Shown in pieces: positions 1-13,915 of a stretch of 64,000 nucleotides of DNA. The translations under genes and the position numbers were made by a program. Each line of letters begins with the position of its first letter. Positions within the stretch are counted from its first letter, which is position 1. Source of the stretch: Felis catus. Taxonomy: Eukaryota. A model generated the notes under the pieces. The model saw only the letters and a program-made list of their open reading frames with translations, ran no database searches and was not told the origin of the DNA. The stretch covers positions 156,862,001 to 156,926,000 of the forward strand of contig NC_058368.1 of NCBI RefSeq assembly GCF_018350175.1, in the 5' to 3' direction.

Positions 1-690
1 GTGTGGAGAGAATGTGGTGTGCACTGTTGGTGGGAATGCAAACTGGTGCAGCCACTCTGGAAAACAGTGTGGGAGTTCCTCAAAAAATTAAAAATAGACC
101 TACCCTATGACCCAGCAATAGCACTGCTAGGAATTTACTCAAGGGATAGAGGAGTACTGATGCATAGGGGCACTTGTACCCCAATGTTTATAGCAGCACT
201 ATCAATAATAGTCAAATTGTGGAAAGAGCCTAAGTGTCCATCAACTGATGAATGGATAAAGAAACTGTGGTTTATATACACAATGGAGTACTACGTGGCA
301 ATGAGAAAGAATGAAATATGGCCCTTTGTAGCAACGTGGATGGAACTGGAGAGTGTGATGCTAAGTGAAATAAGCCATACAGAGAAAGACAGATACCATA
401 TGGTTTCACTCTTATGTGGATCCTGAGAAACTTAACAGAAACCCATGGGGGAGGGGAAGGAAAAAAAAAAGAGGTTAGAGTGGAAGAGAGCCAAAGCATA
501 AGAGACTGTTAAAAACTGAGAACAAATTGAGGGTTGAAGGGGGGGTGGGAGGGAGGGGATGGTGGGTGATGGGTATTGAGGAGGGCACCTTTTGGGATGA
601 GCACTGGGTGTTGTATGGAAACCAATATGACAATAAATTTCATATGTTGAAAAAAGAAAAAGAAAAAGAAAAAAAATACAAATAAATAAA
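1..690 (+). mobile_element. LINE-1 3' end (felid L1): ORF2 C-terminus, 3'UTR and A-rich tail; continues upstream of the window
   Basis: ORF 1-426 encodes the L1 ORF2p C-terminus ([14 protein letters not shown]...MFIAAL...[13 protein letters not shown]). It is followed by a G-rich 3'UTR, AATAAA (~631) and an A-rich tail. Nearly identical to 55740-56414. Confidence 0.97.
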
Positions 691-711
691 TATTTTAGAA
701 AGGAATTCACC

Positions 712-1035
712 TGAGGCAGAAGGAAGGAGATAGAAGTTTATTGAATACACCACAAGGGAGCAGCAGGCAGAACAGCAGAGCAGGGGCTGTGGGCGAGGAG
801 GCAGTGGGTGGGGACTGTTTCTAAAGGGGAAAGGTGAGGAGAAGGTATAGTGATGTATGGAATTTTCCCCTTTTGGTAACTGTGCCTGGTTTTAAGCAGT
901 CCATTGGTCAGTTAGGGCCTATGGATATTTTGAAGTGGGCCCCTGATGGGCCAGTCTGTATTCAGCCAGTGGGTCACTGTGGGCCCCTTTCTAAATTTTA
1001 TTGCTCAATCCTGTTTGCCTAGAAGAAGCCTCTAC
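712..1035 (-). mobile_element. Probable solo LTR (ERV1-like, carnivore)
   Basis: ~320 bp segment starting TGAGG and ending CCTCTA, with CACC on both sides (possible 4-bp TSD) and minus-strand AATAAA near 737. Confidence 0.5.
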
Positions 1036-1059
1036 ACCAAATACAGTGGTGAATTAGCC

Positions 1060-1453
1060 CACATTACTTAGCCTTTTGGGAACATTTTTGACAAAACTAT
1101 TAACTTCCTCTTCATGAAATACTATCAAAATTTGGTTTCTGAGCATTGTGCCTTTTTCATTTTCCCACGGTCTCACTGGTTGTTCTTTGTAATATCTTCT
1201 GTTAGGTTTTCCCTTTCTATTTCACCTATGCAGCTGGTTTTCACAAGGTACAGTCCCTAACCATCTCTTGTTCTCTAGTCACTCCCTGTATTATCCTCAT
1301 CCAGTTTGGGGCTCTAAGTAACATCTCTACATTGATGAGTCCCACAATTGTATGTATCTCTAGCTCATATCACTTCCCTGACCTCTAAATAGGTGAAGAG
1401 AGACAATTCAATTTATCATGTCTAAGAGAACTTTTTTTTAAAGTTTATTTATT

Positions 1454-1494
<41 letters not shown>

Positions 1495-2410
1495 AGGGAG
1501 GGGCAGAGAAAGAGAGAGAGAGAGAGAGAATCCCAAGCAGGCTCTGTGCTGTCAGTGCAGAGCCTGACGTGGGGCTTGATGACATCATGACCTAAGGTGA
1601 GATCAAGCATCAGATGCATAACTGACTGAACCACCCAGGCGCTCCTAAGAGGACTTTATACCCTCCATTCCCATATGTTGTCTCCCCCATCTTTGTATAC
1701 GGTACCCTCAGTTGTCCTAGCAAAAACCTTAGGAATGATCATTAATCCCTATCTTTTCCTCATAGCCCACACCCAGTCTAATAACAAGTCTGCTCAATTC
1801 TGTCTTCAGGATGTACATATCCTGGAGCTGGCCTCTTCTCTCATCTGTTTTACTAAAACTCTGACCCAAACCATAATTTTCCCTCACCTGAACTGTTCCA
1901 AAAGCCTCCCAGCTGGTTTCCTTGCTTCCACAATAGCTGCCCCATAAACCAATTTTGATAGTTCAGCTGTCAGAATGATTGAAGAATGCACATAAAATTA
2001 TATCACTCCTCTGCTTAAGACACTCTGGTGGCTCCCACCACACAAAGTATCTTATTATGGCCTGTAAGGCCTCACGTGATCTATCCTCTGCATACTTCTC
2101 TAAGCTCATTTTCTGATTACTCCCCTCTTGCTCACTCTAGTTGCACAGGCCCGCATTCTGTTCTCTGAATACTCCAAGTTCATTCCTGCCTCTGGGGTTT
2201 GGATTTTGCTATTCCTTCCACCTAATATTTTCTTCACCCCGATCTTAGCAATCCTTTATTTCTTCACTTTATTTGGATGTCTTTGATCAAATATTAACTC
2301 ATCAAGAGGACTTTCATAGTTACATAAAATAGCACTTCCCATGCACACTCAAAACCCCCATCCCCCCTTCATTTCACTTCATAGCAATTACCACACATCT
2401 GGGATTGTAT
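1060..2410 (+). mobile_element. LINE-2 fragment, interrupted by a SINE
   Basis: L2-type degenerate motifs (tctacattgatgagtcccacaatt; aaaccttaggaatgatc; aaagcctcccagctggtttccttgcttcca). Confidence 0.75.
1432..1645 (-). mobile_element. CAN-SINE (SINEC)
   Basis: Reverse tRNA-derived head (ccacccaggcgctcc), (GA)n tract, tttattt tail. Confidence 0.95.

Positions 2411-2412
<2 letters not shown>

Positions 2413-2441
<29 letters not shown>
2413..2441. repeat. (CA)n microsatellite
   Basis: Seen directly in the sequence. Confidence 0.95.
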
Positions 2442-2445
<4 letters not shown>

Positions 2446-3506
2446 CAGTCCTCACTTTGCACACTTCCAGCATGCCTGGGCTTCAGTTACCATGAGCTTC
2501 ACTTACAAACACCAGTCCCTCAACAACATAGTTCAAATTTTAGTTACCATAATAGATTAACTGTAAGTAATTGCGTAAAGTGCAAACTTTGCTGTCAGTC
2601 CTTCAGTCCACAAATCACTATATAAAAAACAGATGTGGATGACAATCAGTAACTGTCACATCGCTTCTTTTTAAATCTATCAGTGATTGGTCATGATGTA
2701 TCTGTTATTCTGTTCATTCACATAAACAAAGCATATACTTTAAACTTTTTTTAATGTTTATTTTTGAGAAAGAGAGCACAAGTGGGGGAGGGCAGAGAGA
2801 GGGAGACACAGAAGCCAAAGCAGGCTCCAGGCTTTGAGATGTCAGCACAGAGCCTGATGCGGGGCTTGAACTCATGAACTGTGATATCTGACCTGAGCAG
2901 AAGTCAGACACTTAACCCACTGAGCCACCTAGGCGTCCCTTTTATAAATTTTTTATTTAATGGCAAAGCATATACTTTTGATGTTTTCGTGTCTCCCATT
3001 TGATACATTGATGGGATATTTTACAAAATTGGATAAATGATAGAGAGGATTGGCCAACAAAGATGAAAATGTATTAAAAATCAAAAAGTGACAACACTGA
3101 AAGTGAAATTTGAATCAAATGTAAACGAGGTTATAAAAGAAATATTCATTGGTAGGAATGTTGACATTGCTACCATTCAAGAAACTAGATAAACAGCTAG
3201 AGGCATTTTTGACATAAATGAGAGAAGTGGTTCTGATGGAAAAGGTGATGATGTCCCAGAAGTCATCCGCACCAAAAACTTTCTCCTAAAATCACTCTCA
3301 GAGATACTTTGTGAGATTATAGGCACAAAGGATAACCCATTAGAAGTTGATCCAAGCTTAGGAGTATGACAATTTGTCAATGTATAAGAAGATGCTCACT
3401 CTGTATCATAGGTTATACAATGAGAAGAAGGCAAGCACTGTGCAAAGACTTTCAATACATTTTTTTTCAGAAAATAAAACACTGTAATTTTGAATGTTTC
3501 TAATGC
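2441..3506 (+). mobile_element. Tigger-family DNA transposon remnant (Tigger13a-like), interrupted by a SINE
   Basis: Starts cagagcagtcctcactttgcac and contains degenerate transposase-like sequence (gatgatgtcccagaag; gaagttgatccaagcttaggagtatgacaatt). Subfamily is from memory of the consensus. Confidence 0.75.
2745..2939 (-). mobile_element. CAN-SINE
   Basis: Typical SINEC body in reverse orientation. Confidence 0.95.
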
Positions 3507-5725
3507 TTGCAAGGTTGCAAAATACAAGATACACTCATGAAAATCTATCAAATTCCTAAAAATGAATTTGCAGAAACTGAAATTAAAATAAAACACTATC
3601 TAGAATCATTTTAAATAAAATCAAATGCTTAAGCATAAAATTAACAAACATGTATGGGACTTTATGCTAAAAATTGCAGAATGCAGATTAAATAAAACAA
3701 CAACATGAATAAATAGACATACTTTGCTCATGGGTTGGAAAACTCAACACAGTAAAGGTATTAATTCTCTCCAAATTATGTATATATAATTATGTGTATA
3801 GGGTTAATATAATTCCTATCAAAATTCCATCTTTGTAGACACTGACAGTCTTACTCTAAAATTTATATGGAAAATTATGGCTCCTAGGATAGCTAAAATA
3901 GTGTTGATAAAGAAGAATAAAGTGAGGAGAAAAATCACTCTACCTGATAATAAGGCTTACCTGATGATCAAACCAGTGTGGTAGGTGGAGGTATAGACAA
4001 GAGATCAATAGCAGCAGCGAACAGGGAGCCCAAAAATAGACACACAAAATATGCTAACTGATTTTCGACAAAAGGCAAATGAAATTCAATGGAAGAAGGA
4101 TAGCCATTTCAACAACAACAACAACAACAACAAAATGCTGGAGCAATTAGACATCTTTAGTCAAAAAGAAAATGAACCTGGACTAAGGCTCAGATACCTT
4201 TTCATACAAAAATTTACTCAAAATGGATCACAGACTTAAATGTACAATGAAAAAAAGTCACATTAAGAAACGAAGTCACATTTTTCTTAGGAAAAAAGTC
4301 ACATTTTAGAAACAAACATTGGAAAAAAATCTTTGAGATCTAGAACTAAGCAAACGGTTTTCAGACTTGATCCCAAACACATGATCCACCAAAGGAAAGA
4401 CTGATAATATAAACTTGTTTAAAATTAAAAATGCATGCTCTGTGAAAAACCCTTATAAGAGGATGTAAAGACAAACTATACGTAGGAGGAAATATGTGCA
4501 AACCTCATAGCCAATAAGAAAGTAGTATCTACATATGTGAAGAATTCTCCAAACAGAGCAGGAAAGAAAAACTCCAAACAGAAAACAGACCAAAGATATG
4601 AAGAGATCCTTTCCTAAAACAGATATACAGATGGCAAAAAAAAAGCGTATTAAAAGATGTCCAGCATCATTAGCTATTCAGAAACAAATAAAACCACAAT
4701 GAGATATCACTACAGAATAAAGTATGGTTAGGGGTGCACGGGTGGCTCAGTCGATTAAGCCTCCAACTCTTGGTTTTGGCTCCGATCATGATCTCATGGT
4801 TGTGAGATTGAGCCCTGTATCAGGCAGGCTCTGTGCTGGGTGTGGAACCTGCTTAAGATTCCCTCCCTCCCAATCTCTCTGCCCCTCCCCTGCTCTCTCT
4901 CTTTCAAAAAACAAAAACAAAACAAAACAAAACAAAAAAAACAATGCCTAAAATAAAAGCGTGACAACATCAACTGCTGGTGAGGACGTAGAGAAGTTAC
5001 ATCACACATACTCTGCTGCTGGATATGTAAAATGGTACAGTCACTGTAGAGAATAGTTTAGCAGTTTCTTTAAACTGAACTTACTATTACCATATGACCC
5101 AGCAATTGCACTCTTGAACAGTTATGCCACAGAAGTGAAAATTTATGTTCACACAAAACCCTGTATACTAATGTTCGTGACAGTTTTATTTATAATAGCA
5201 CAAAGCTGAAAACAATCTTCAGTAGGAAGTAACTACCATTGGTGGATGCAAAGTTTAGATTAATCTCAATAAAATTATGTTGAGTAAAAAATTCCAATCT
5301 CAAAAGTTACATACTGTGTGATCCCATATTTATAACACTCTCAAAGTGACAAAATTATAAATATGGAGAGTATATTTGTGCTTTCTAGGGGGTTAGGGAT
5401 GGGGGAGATGTCTGTGGTTATAAAAAGGCAACATGAGAGATCCCTGCAATAGAATTGTTCTGTATCTGACTTCAGGGATGAATATACAAAACTACATGTG
5501 GGATAAAATGTGTGTAAATGCACATATACATGCACTAAAACTGGGAAATCTCATAGAGACCAATGGATTATATCAACGCCAATTTCCTGGTAGTGATAAC
5601 ATACTTTAATTTCATAAGATATTACCATTAGAGAAAACTGAATAAAAGGTACATGGAATCTCTTCTTATGACTTCTTAAAATTGTATGTGAATCTATAAT
5701 TATCTCAAAATAAAAAGTTTTATTA
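3507..5725 (+). mobile_element. Old LINE-1 (L1MC/L1MD-like): degenerate ORF2 3' half and 3'UTR
   Basis: Degenerate ORF2 motifs (ccatatgacccagcaattgcactc) and an L1MC-type 3'UTR (aaaaggcaacatgagagatccc) ending in aataaaaa. Confidence 0.85.
4731..4942 (+). mobile_element. CAN-SINE
   Basis: ggggtgcacgggtggctcagtcg head, CT tract, (AAAAC)n tail. Confidence 0.93.
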
Positions 5726-5759
5726 AAGCAAAAAGACTATATACACAATCTCATATGTT

Positions 5760-6185
5760 GTTTATTTGAGTCCCAAACTGGGAATAATCCAAATAATCCA
5801 TCAACGAGTAAATGGAGAAACTACTTATGTTATAGTGATATGATGGAATCTCACTCAGAAATAGAAATAAATTACGTATACTGGCAACACCAAAGAAAAT
5901 CTCAAGACCTTATCTTGAATTAAAGAAGTCAATATTTCATTTATATAAAGTTCTAGACTTCTATGGTGGTCAAAATTAAATCAGTGTATGCCTGGGTGAA
6001 AGAGAGGAAGAAAAGTGATTCAAAGGGACATGAGGAAGTGCTGTGGGATGAGGGAAATACTATGTATCTTGATGAGCATGCTGGTCACATGGTATACACA
6101 TTTGTCAAAACCATAAAAGTGTACTCTTACGATCTGATCTTTTTATTGTAAGTGATACATCAATAAGTTATTTTAAAAAATAAAT
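5760..6185 (+). mobile_element. Old L1 (L1ME-like) 3' fragment
   Basis: aatccaaataatccatcaacgagtaaatgg ... caataagttattttaaaaaa, an L1 3'-end pattern. Confidence 0.6.
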
Positions 6186-6334
6186 GTCTACACAGCTGTA
6201 AAACAGACAGAAAAGGAGGCTAAGATATGGAAAATAAAGGCAAGGAAATGTTTGGGGAGGTCCTGGTACAGGAATCTTCTATGCTGGTCAGATGGCCTTA
6301 AGGGTACATCCAACATGGAAAGAAAGAGTATGCA

Positions 6335-7157
6335 TTATTTATAAAAGCCAAGCCATGGAAACAATCTAAGTGTCCATCAATGCATGAATGGATTAAGAAT
6401 GTGTGTTCAACACACACACAAATTGATATATTATTCAGCCATTAAAAAGAAAGCAATCCTGGGTGCCTGGGTGGCGCAGTCGGTTAAGCGTCCGACTTCA
6501 GCCAGGTCACGATCTCGCGGTCTGTGAGTTCGAGCCCCGCGTCAGGCTCTGGGCTGATGGCTCAGAGCCTGGAGCCTGTTTCCGATTCTGTGTCTCCCTC
6601 TCTCTCTGCCCCTCCCCCGTTCATGCTCTGTCTCTCTCTGTCCCAAAAATAAATAAACGTTGAAAAAAAAAATTAAAAAAAAAAAAAAAAAAGAAAGCAA
6701 TCCTGCCTTTTATGACAACATGGATAGATCTTGAGGACACTATGCTAAGTGAAAACTGTGAGACAAAGACTCATACTGTATGACCTCACTTACATGTGTG
6801 CTCTAAAAATATCAAACTCATAGAAACAGAGAGAAGAATGGTGGTTGCCAGGGGTGGAGGGGTGGGGAAACGGAGAGATGTTAGTCAAAGGGTACAAACT
6901 TTTAGTTATAAAATGAGTAAGTTCTGGGGATCTAATGTACTGCATGGTGACTATAGTTAACAAAACTTGAAAGTTGCTATGAGAGTAGAGCTTTAATGTT
7001 CTCACCGTCACAACAAAATGATAGCTATGTGAGGTAAAGGATGTATTAACTAACCTTATTGTGGCAAACATTTTGCAATAGATATGTGTATCAAATCATA
7101 TCGTACACCTTAAACTTACACAATGTTATATCTCAATAAAGCTGGAGGGGAAAAAAA
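6335..7157 (+). mobile_element. L1MA-like 3' end, interrupted by a SINE
   Basis: aacaatctaagtgtccatcaa ... gtacaccttaaacttacacaatgttatatctcaataaagctgg followed by an A tail. Confidence 0.85.
6460..6692 (+). mobile_element. Young felid CAN-SINE (SINEC_Fc-type) with TSD
   Basis: CpG-rich, intact body and long poly(A); AAAAAGAAAGCAATCCT on both sides. Confidence 0.97.
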
Positions 7158-8094
7158 TAAGCAAAGAAATCAGTGAGAAATAAAGCCTCTTTCCTGTTAC
7201 AATACCTTTCTACACCATAGGGCATGTGGGGAAATGGAAACCCTAAAGCTTACACTTCAGTGCGATAATGTAGATGATGACATAACTTTCACAGGCTATA
7301 ATTTGCATTTTCCACATATGCTTAATTAGTGTTATGTTTAAGGTTTAAATAAACAAACTTGTTATTTCAGGAACACATCTAACTTACCATGCTCCCCCCT
7401 TGACTGTGCACTTTTGATTACTAAGCACTTTCAGAGAATCAATAAATACACTGGGAGATTAAATGACATGGAAAATATTGCCTGTGGCTTTGATATCCAT
7501 ACTTGGCAGAAGTGACATATATACAAAGAGATTGAAGTATATGCCAGAGAAAAGTAAGCTTAGAAGATGAAACTATCAGCCTTTTATTAATGGCCTTCAA
7601 CTGCCTCAATTTTGCTGTGTTTTTAAAGTAACAGAATATGTTTCTAACACACATACTCCAGAGCAGTCTACAGCCTGGGAGGGAAATCTGGTAAGGACAC
7701 AAACATCTCTCTACCATTTATGTCTTCTGGAACTGGCAGTGAATTCTGATGCCCAGATATTTGGAGTCTCCAACTAACCTGTAGATAAGTCAATTTGAGG
7801 AAATTACATCATCATCTTAATTTAAAAAAAAAATAAATTAAGACATGGGGAAAAGATATCTGAGATGTCGAATATAAAAGTAGTACTCAGTTATTCTGGA
7901 GTTGGTTATTTAGAGGATCAGTTCTTCACCACCAAAAGCAACACACCATGCTGTTTTTGTATATTTTTTCTGCTAAACTTCATCTTTTTAGACACTTATA
8001 TTCTATAGATATTGACCTTCTAATCACCCATTCAAAACTGGGAAGAAAGCTACTAAGTGAATTCCAATATGGAACCCAGGAAAGAGCTGAGCTA

Positions 8095-8280
8095 CTGAAA
8101 CCTGAAACATGTAACACTTACTAGCTGTCTGCTTCCCAGTTTCCTTACTGGAAAAACAGGGATAAAAACAATTAGTTCCCTATTTTCCTGACAAGACTGT
8201 TTGGAGGATTGAGTAAATGAATGAACACACTTAAAACACAAGGCATGTTTCATGTATTAAGTATAAGTGCTATTTGATGC
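8095..8280 (+). mobile_element. MIR fragment
   Basis: cagtttccttactggaaaaacagggata ... ggaggattgagtaa resembles the MIR core. Confidence 0.55.
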
Positions 8281-11219
8281 ATATTTGGGGAGAAATTTGA
8301 CAGAAGCAATAGATTTACCATATGGATACTTGATGAAGTTTGAAAATTAACTTTTGTTTTCACAACATGAGCAACCAAAAATTAATAAAATTCCTCCAGG
8401 GACTAAAATTCTGAAATCTTCAAAATTCCATGAGTTGAAAATCAACTTATATTAATGGTGTGAAACCAGCATCGGACAAACACAAAGAAAAGTCATGTAC
8501 AATTAAATAGGTCACAGCTAGCTCATGAGTTTCCACAACTTTGTTACAAGTTATTTGATTCTGAAGATCAAAGTACATAATAGGTTGAAAAAAATATATA
8601 TATATATAGTAAATGTTCTCTATTCTTTCCATTTTACTTTTCATAATGAAAACATAAAATCTACTTATCATGCTATATCACAATATGCCAGGGAACACTA
8701 TCTTCATATCAGTACAAAGCGTTCATATTAAAAATCTCTGTGTTCAGACTAAAACTTAAGCAGAATGAAACTTTTTTAAAACTTCTAAATGTCCCAGGTT
8801 TTGGGGGAAGATGATAGAGCAGCATGGAAACTTCTAAATGTCCCTAGGTTTCAAACAGAAGTTTTAATAATGCTAACAATACAACAGTATATGCCAATAT
8901 ATATTACTTTCTATCACATATGAATCTGCAAAGGAGGCTATTAATCTAAGAAGCCATCTGCCCAAGTCTTCATAATTTTACCCAAAGGAGAAAGGTGTTT
9001 TTATTTTCTTCCCCTTCACCTTCTTATCTATCTCATGGCTCTCAGTTTTGAGTTCCTATGAGTTGCTTTCCTTTGCCTCACTTTTTCAAACACTTTTAGA
9101 AAGGTAAAAATAAGTAGATTGGTTTGCTTGAAAATATTTTTTCTACTATTCTTTTTCAAATGGTCAAAAATAGTATGTCTCTAACAACCAGGAAGAATAT
9201 ATTCTTCCTGAAGTGACTCCAACCCCTGTTGTAAGTTACATTATTATAGCTGACTAATCTATCATCTTCCCCTCCTATTGCTTAAAAAAATGTTTTCGAG
9301 GCTATGATTTCAAAGCAATTTGTGCTTTGGGAATCAAACTCCAAGTAGTTATAGTGAAAATAAAGGTTTTGTTTCTCTAGACAAATTCCCAAACTTTGAA
9401 ATCAATTTCTTTTGATCCAACCTTACCACCCAACTATTGATATAGCTAGTTACTATGCAACAAATCTGAATCCTAATTATATAGCCAATATTCTAAAAAT
9501 TAGACACACTCAAAATTTTCACTTTTTTCTCCACAGCAAAATTTTCCCTCACCCATATGCTGCTGCTACCCAAACCTGTGTGCACAGAGAGAGTATTCCC
9601 AGGGAATGAAAAAAGCTTTTATGTCAAGCTAAGTGAAGTAATTAAAAATATAAATAGTGGAAGAGACATATGCTTTGGGTTGGCAAGTCTTTTCCCATGT
9701 GTGACGAATCATATATGATAACCACGTTCATAATCAAGTACACTAAGAATTTGACATGTTTTCCCCTTTAGGATACTGAGAATATGTATTTCAGCCTATT
9801 TCCATTTTTTCCCCCTGGCTTCCAGGAAGCTAAGAGTCAAATAAATTAGCTACTCATTATATAACTATATTAGCCTCTTGAACAAATTTGCTTCCTTTTC
9901 TTTCCCAAGTTCTAGAGCATTGTCTAGTAAAAATTCATTAGTTTTACTGTGCCTATGTTATGCATCATATTCTTTTCCAAATCTCTTTTAGGGAACTGGT
10001 AGGATATAGTACTAGCACACATATATGTACACACATGTTCAAATCAAAGGAGTAGGTTCTGATTTTAACAAAAACTAACAGCAGTTGACAAATACTTTCA
10101 TATGTCTTGAAAAAGCATTTAACACCAAATTGCATAAAATAGTACATTTTATTTTAGCTTACATATTTGCCACTTTCAGGCCTCCTGGGAAGGCTGGGAG
10201 GCTTTTAGTTAAAGATTATCAGAGGATTTAAGAGCACAAAGGCTGTGAGTATCATTATTGAGACCAAGATTTATAAAAGCCTATTATGGTTCCAGTGACA
10301 TTTCCTCTGTATTTGTCCATATTAGCAGGAACATCTTGAGGGAATAAATTGCTATATGTTGGTGAGATCTTCTGACAGTGAAGGTAGGCTAGGTGAGAAA
10401 CTAGAAACTAGAAAATAAAGAATTGTCAACTGTAAAGCATGTAACATTTCACCTGTTATGTAAGTGGATTTACCTTGGAGTAGGGTCATTGCTTTTCCTC
10501 AAAACTGTACAAAGTTGCACCCTAATCAATATTAGTGGGAAAAAAATATACTTTACTAAACTCAATATACTAGGAGGTCATGTTAAGCATGATTAAGGTT
10601 TAATAAATAGCTAAAGACATTTACAAGCAAATAAATAATCGTAATCATTGATCACCAAATTAGAGGAAAACATCTCATGCACTTTTTATAATCCTCAAAG
10701 CTTTTTTGGCTATGTGAATCTAACCACAGCTGCCTTATTTTAACTTGATGACAATTCATTATTTTTTGAGTCCAAAGAATTTTTATGCACAGATGACCTC
10801 ACTCAAACCTCACCATTCTGGAAGAACAGATTGCATCTTCAAAAAACATAGGATGAAGTTCACAAATAGACCATATGTACAAACTGTTAAATCAGGCTGA
10901 TTATGACTCTAGGACTTAAATATTCTGAAAGTTTTAGAAACCTAATCATCAAATTAGAAACTTTATCATCAAATTCACTGAAAACCTTTTATTAACTAAT
11001 ATTTGTATGGAGCACAGTGCTCTAAGATAAACTATAAACTATTAACATGGACAAACACTAGGAACATACAGATAGAGAATAAAGATGTGGTAAATGTATA
11101 TAACTTCAGAGAAAAAAATTGAGTCTTTTCATCAGTTAAATCTCAGATGAATATGGTAGGTAGAATTTATCACTTGGTTTTTTTTTAGTTCAAGGTAATA
11201 GTAAGATAGGGTTTAACTT

Positions 11220-11479
11220 ATGTAATCTGCACAAGAACCCTGTGATGTAGGCACTATTATCATACTCATTTGATAAATGGAAAACTATGGAACTGAGATT
11301 AAGAAACATTACTCGAGGGCCACCTGAATGGCTCAGTCCAACTCTTGATTTCAACTCAGGTCATGATCTTGTGGTTTGTAAATTCAAGCCCCGCGTAGGC
11401 CTCTGTGCTAACAGTGCAGAACCTATTTGGGATTCTGTCTCCGTCTCTCTTGGCCAGCCCCCTGTGCGTGCTTGTGCTT

Positions 11480-11526
<47 letters not shown>

Positions 11527-11660
11527 CAAACAAACAAACAAACATTTTAAAAAAAGAAAAAGAAAAAAGAAACATCACTCAAGATCACACACCTAAAAAG
11601 TGGAAAAGTGGCCAGGGTGAGATTCAAATCCAGGTAGTCTGACTTCCTACAATTTGGCCC
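11220..11660 (-). mobile_element. MIR, interrupted by a SINE
   Basis: aaccctgtgatgtaggcactattatc ... aagatcacac ... gagattcaaatccaggtagtctgact. Confidence 0.7.
11317..11570 (+). mobile_element. CAN-SINE
   Basis: SINEC body with long (CT)n and A tail; near-TSD aagaaacat(t/c)actc. Confidence 0.93.
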
Positions 11661-13915
11661 TAACCCCACTCTTCTGCCAAGAGAGTTGTCTGTTACTGTG
11701 AACCAGAACTTGAAACTGTGTGAAAGAAAGGGCAGGGCAGTGTTTATCTTATGATCAGATGGTATCCAGAGGCGTGATTCAAGCAAAAGAACGACACCTC
11801 TTTAAAATATTCACCTCACTTACTTTTTACCATTAGAAGTTTCCTTCTTACAACTTGCTTTCAAAAATCCTCTGTTTGATGCGGGTATTCAGGGATGTGC
11901 AGTTAACTATCCAACATGTTAGTTTCCACTAATATCATGGGGATAGTAATGACTCTTATGACACCCACATGAACAACAACAAAAAAAAGCCCACGTCTAG
12001 GGTTGTGCCTAGACCTGAACCCTTCAAGGGGAAAAAGTAACCAAAATAGCCTGTTCTACATTTGGGCTGGGGACCAGGGCAGAAAGTGGATGGCATAGAG
12101 ACAAACCTTCCAAACACATAAAATAGCACCCACAGAAACCAAGTCCTAGCCACAGGAGTGGTCATTGATCAAATGTAGCCAGAGGGATGAAAGGGAAAAG
12201 GCAGGCCTTAAGGCTTCAAAATTGAGGGCAGAGACCTTGGCAATAAGAAACTGCTGGAAAGTTTTCAGAGAAGGTTCAAAATAGAAAGGCAGATTGGTTA
12301 ATTTGGCACCAGCAGAAGTACAAAGTGGAGTCTAGCCAAGCCTCCAAGACCTTGAATCTTGAGACTAGAAGATGGCAGGCAACCAAAGTGCAGGAGATAG
12401 TACCAAAAGCACTCTTATTCACAGCACATTCTAGAATACACTCCAGGGATTCAGAATGACAGATGACAGAGAAGAAATTCTTGCTTGTGATGTTTCCAGG
12501 GAAGATTTGGGACACAGCAGCCTCACAGAATGTTGAGTTTTGCCCCAGAGGCAACTTGACTGGAGGAGACAGTTTCAATACACACTATCTGGCTTCATTT
12601 TTACCACCACTGACAGAAGCTCAGAAGAGATGTGGAAATAAAAACTCACTCTTTACAAAGAATGGGATAATTTTCCATATCTATTCCTAATAGAAGAGAC
12701 GAGAGAGAAAGAGAGAAGAAAGAGAAACCGTTGTGACAGAAGACAAAGGCAAATAAAAAGTAGATGTTCAGCAATGGTAGGGAGCATAGGATATGCAGCT
12801 CCCAGGGTCAGCATGATCACAGATAGGGCCTCTACTGGTGACCTGTATTATTCTAGAAGGAAAGAGAGAATTAAAGGATGCACATAAAATCAGAAAAGAA
12901 AAAGAGGACCAGAAAGGGGTTCAGGGGAAGACAGTACATAAGGTACCAATTTGACGTGCATACACTATAAAGGGTACAGGTTTGGATCCAAATGTCCAGT
13001 CAATAAAGCACTGGGACTTTCTGAAATAAATGACATGGAGAAGAGTGGGCAAAAAATGACCATGCTCAGAGGTAAATAATAATTCCTAGACCCAGATTTC
13101 AATGATAGCAATAAAGCTTGTGGTGGGAAAAATAAACATTTTATGCATATGGAAGTTAGAGGGATATGTGAGTTAATTCCCAAAGGAAGATTAAAGCTCT
13201 GGGAAGATGAGAATTCTAGCCATGAGATCACATTCTACAAATGTTTGGTTGTTTCCTTTATACATGATCCCTCATCTTTTTGAAATCTCTACAGTGGGCC
13301 GGTTAAAAGACCACTATCTCAGTGTGCTGGCTCACTCCTAGATATTTTCATAACTATTAACAGTAAGTGCTGTGTCCTCTGTCCAATTTTTAAGTGCCTG
13401 ATTAAACCAATATCTTGGGAACCTGACCATATTTTACACTGAGCTAAGTCTGTGCTGAATAAATGCAGAGAGATGCAGCTTATAGTAGACAAAAACAGAA
13501 GTAACTCACATCTCTTCCCTATTTGGAAAATAAAAGAGACTGGGGAATTTAGGCTACATTTTTATAATAGCTTATCCTTCTTAGTATCAAGAGTTTTTTT
13601 ACCTAGTTCTTCTTAAACTATAATTCAACAACAATGATCATAATGATAGCAGCTATCAATTTACTGTTCATACTCTACTAAGCATAAAAATGTTAAAATT
13701 AATCCCCCCAAGCAGCCTTTAAGGTAGACAGTGCCAACTTACAGAAAAGGAAACTGAGGCATAGGTGTCTTGAACAAGAACTATGGAGACCTAAGGGTGG
13801 AAAGTATCCAGCCAGGAGTGCCAATTACCAGTTGACTGAGTTCATTCTAAACATCCCTGGAATGCATTATTGGATGGTATTACCAATTGAGGAAGATCCT
13901 AGTTTTAGTGGTGAC

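Noticed and set aside
6463..6663. SINE-derived ORFs (PGWRSRLSVRLQPGHD..., AQSVKRLTSAQV..., poly-SL/ER) here and elsewhere
   Set aside because: These are translations of CAN-SINE bodies and their CT tracts, not genes; the tRNA-like heads are SINE parts, not tRNA genes.
7382..7452. Minus-strand ATG|GTAAGT donor at 7388 with a possible 63-nt exon
   Set aside because: Weak acceptor and no recognisable peptide.
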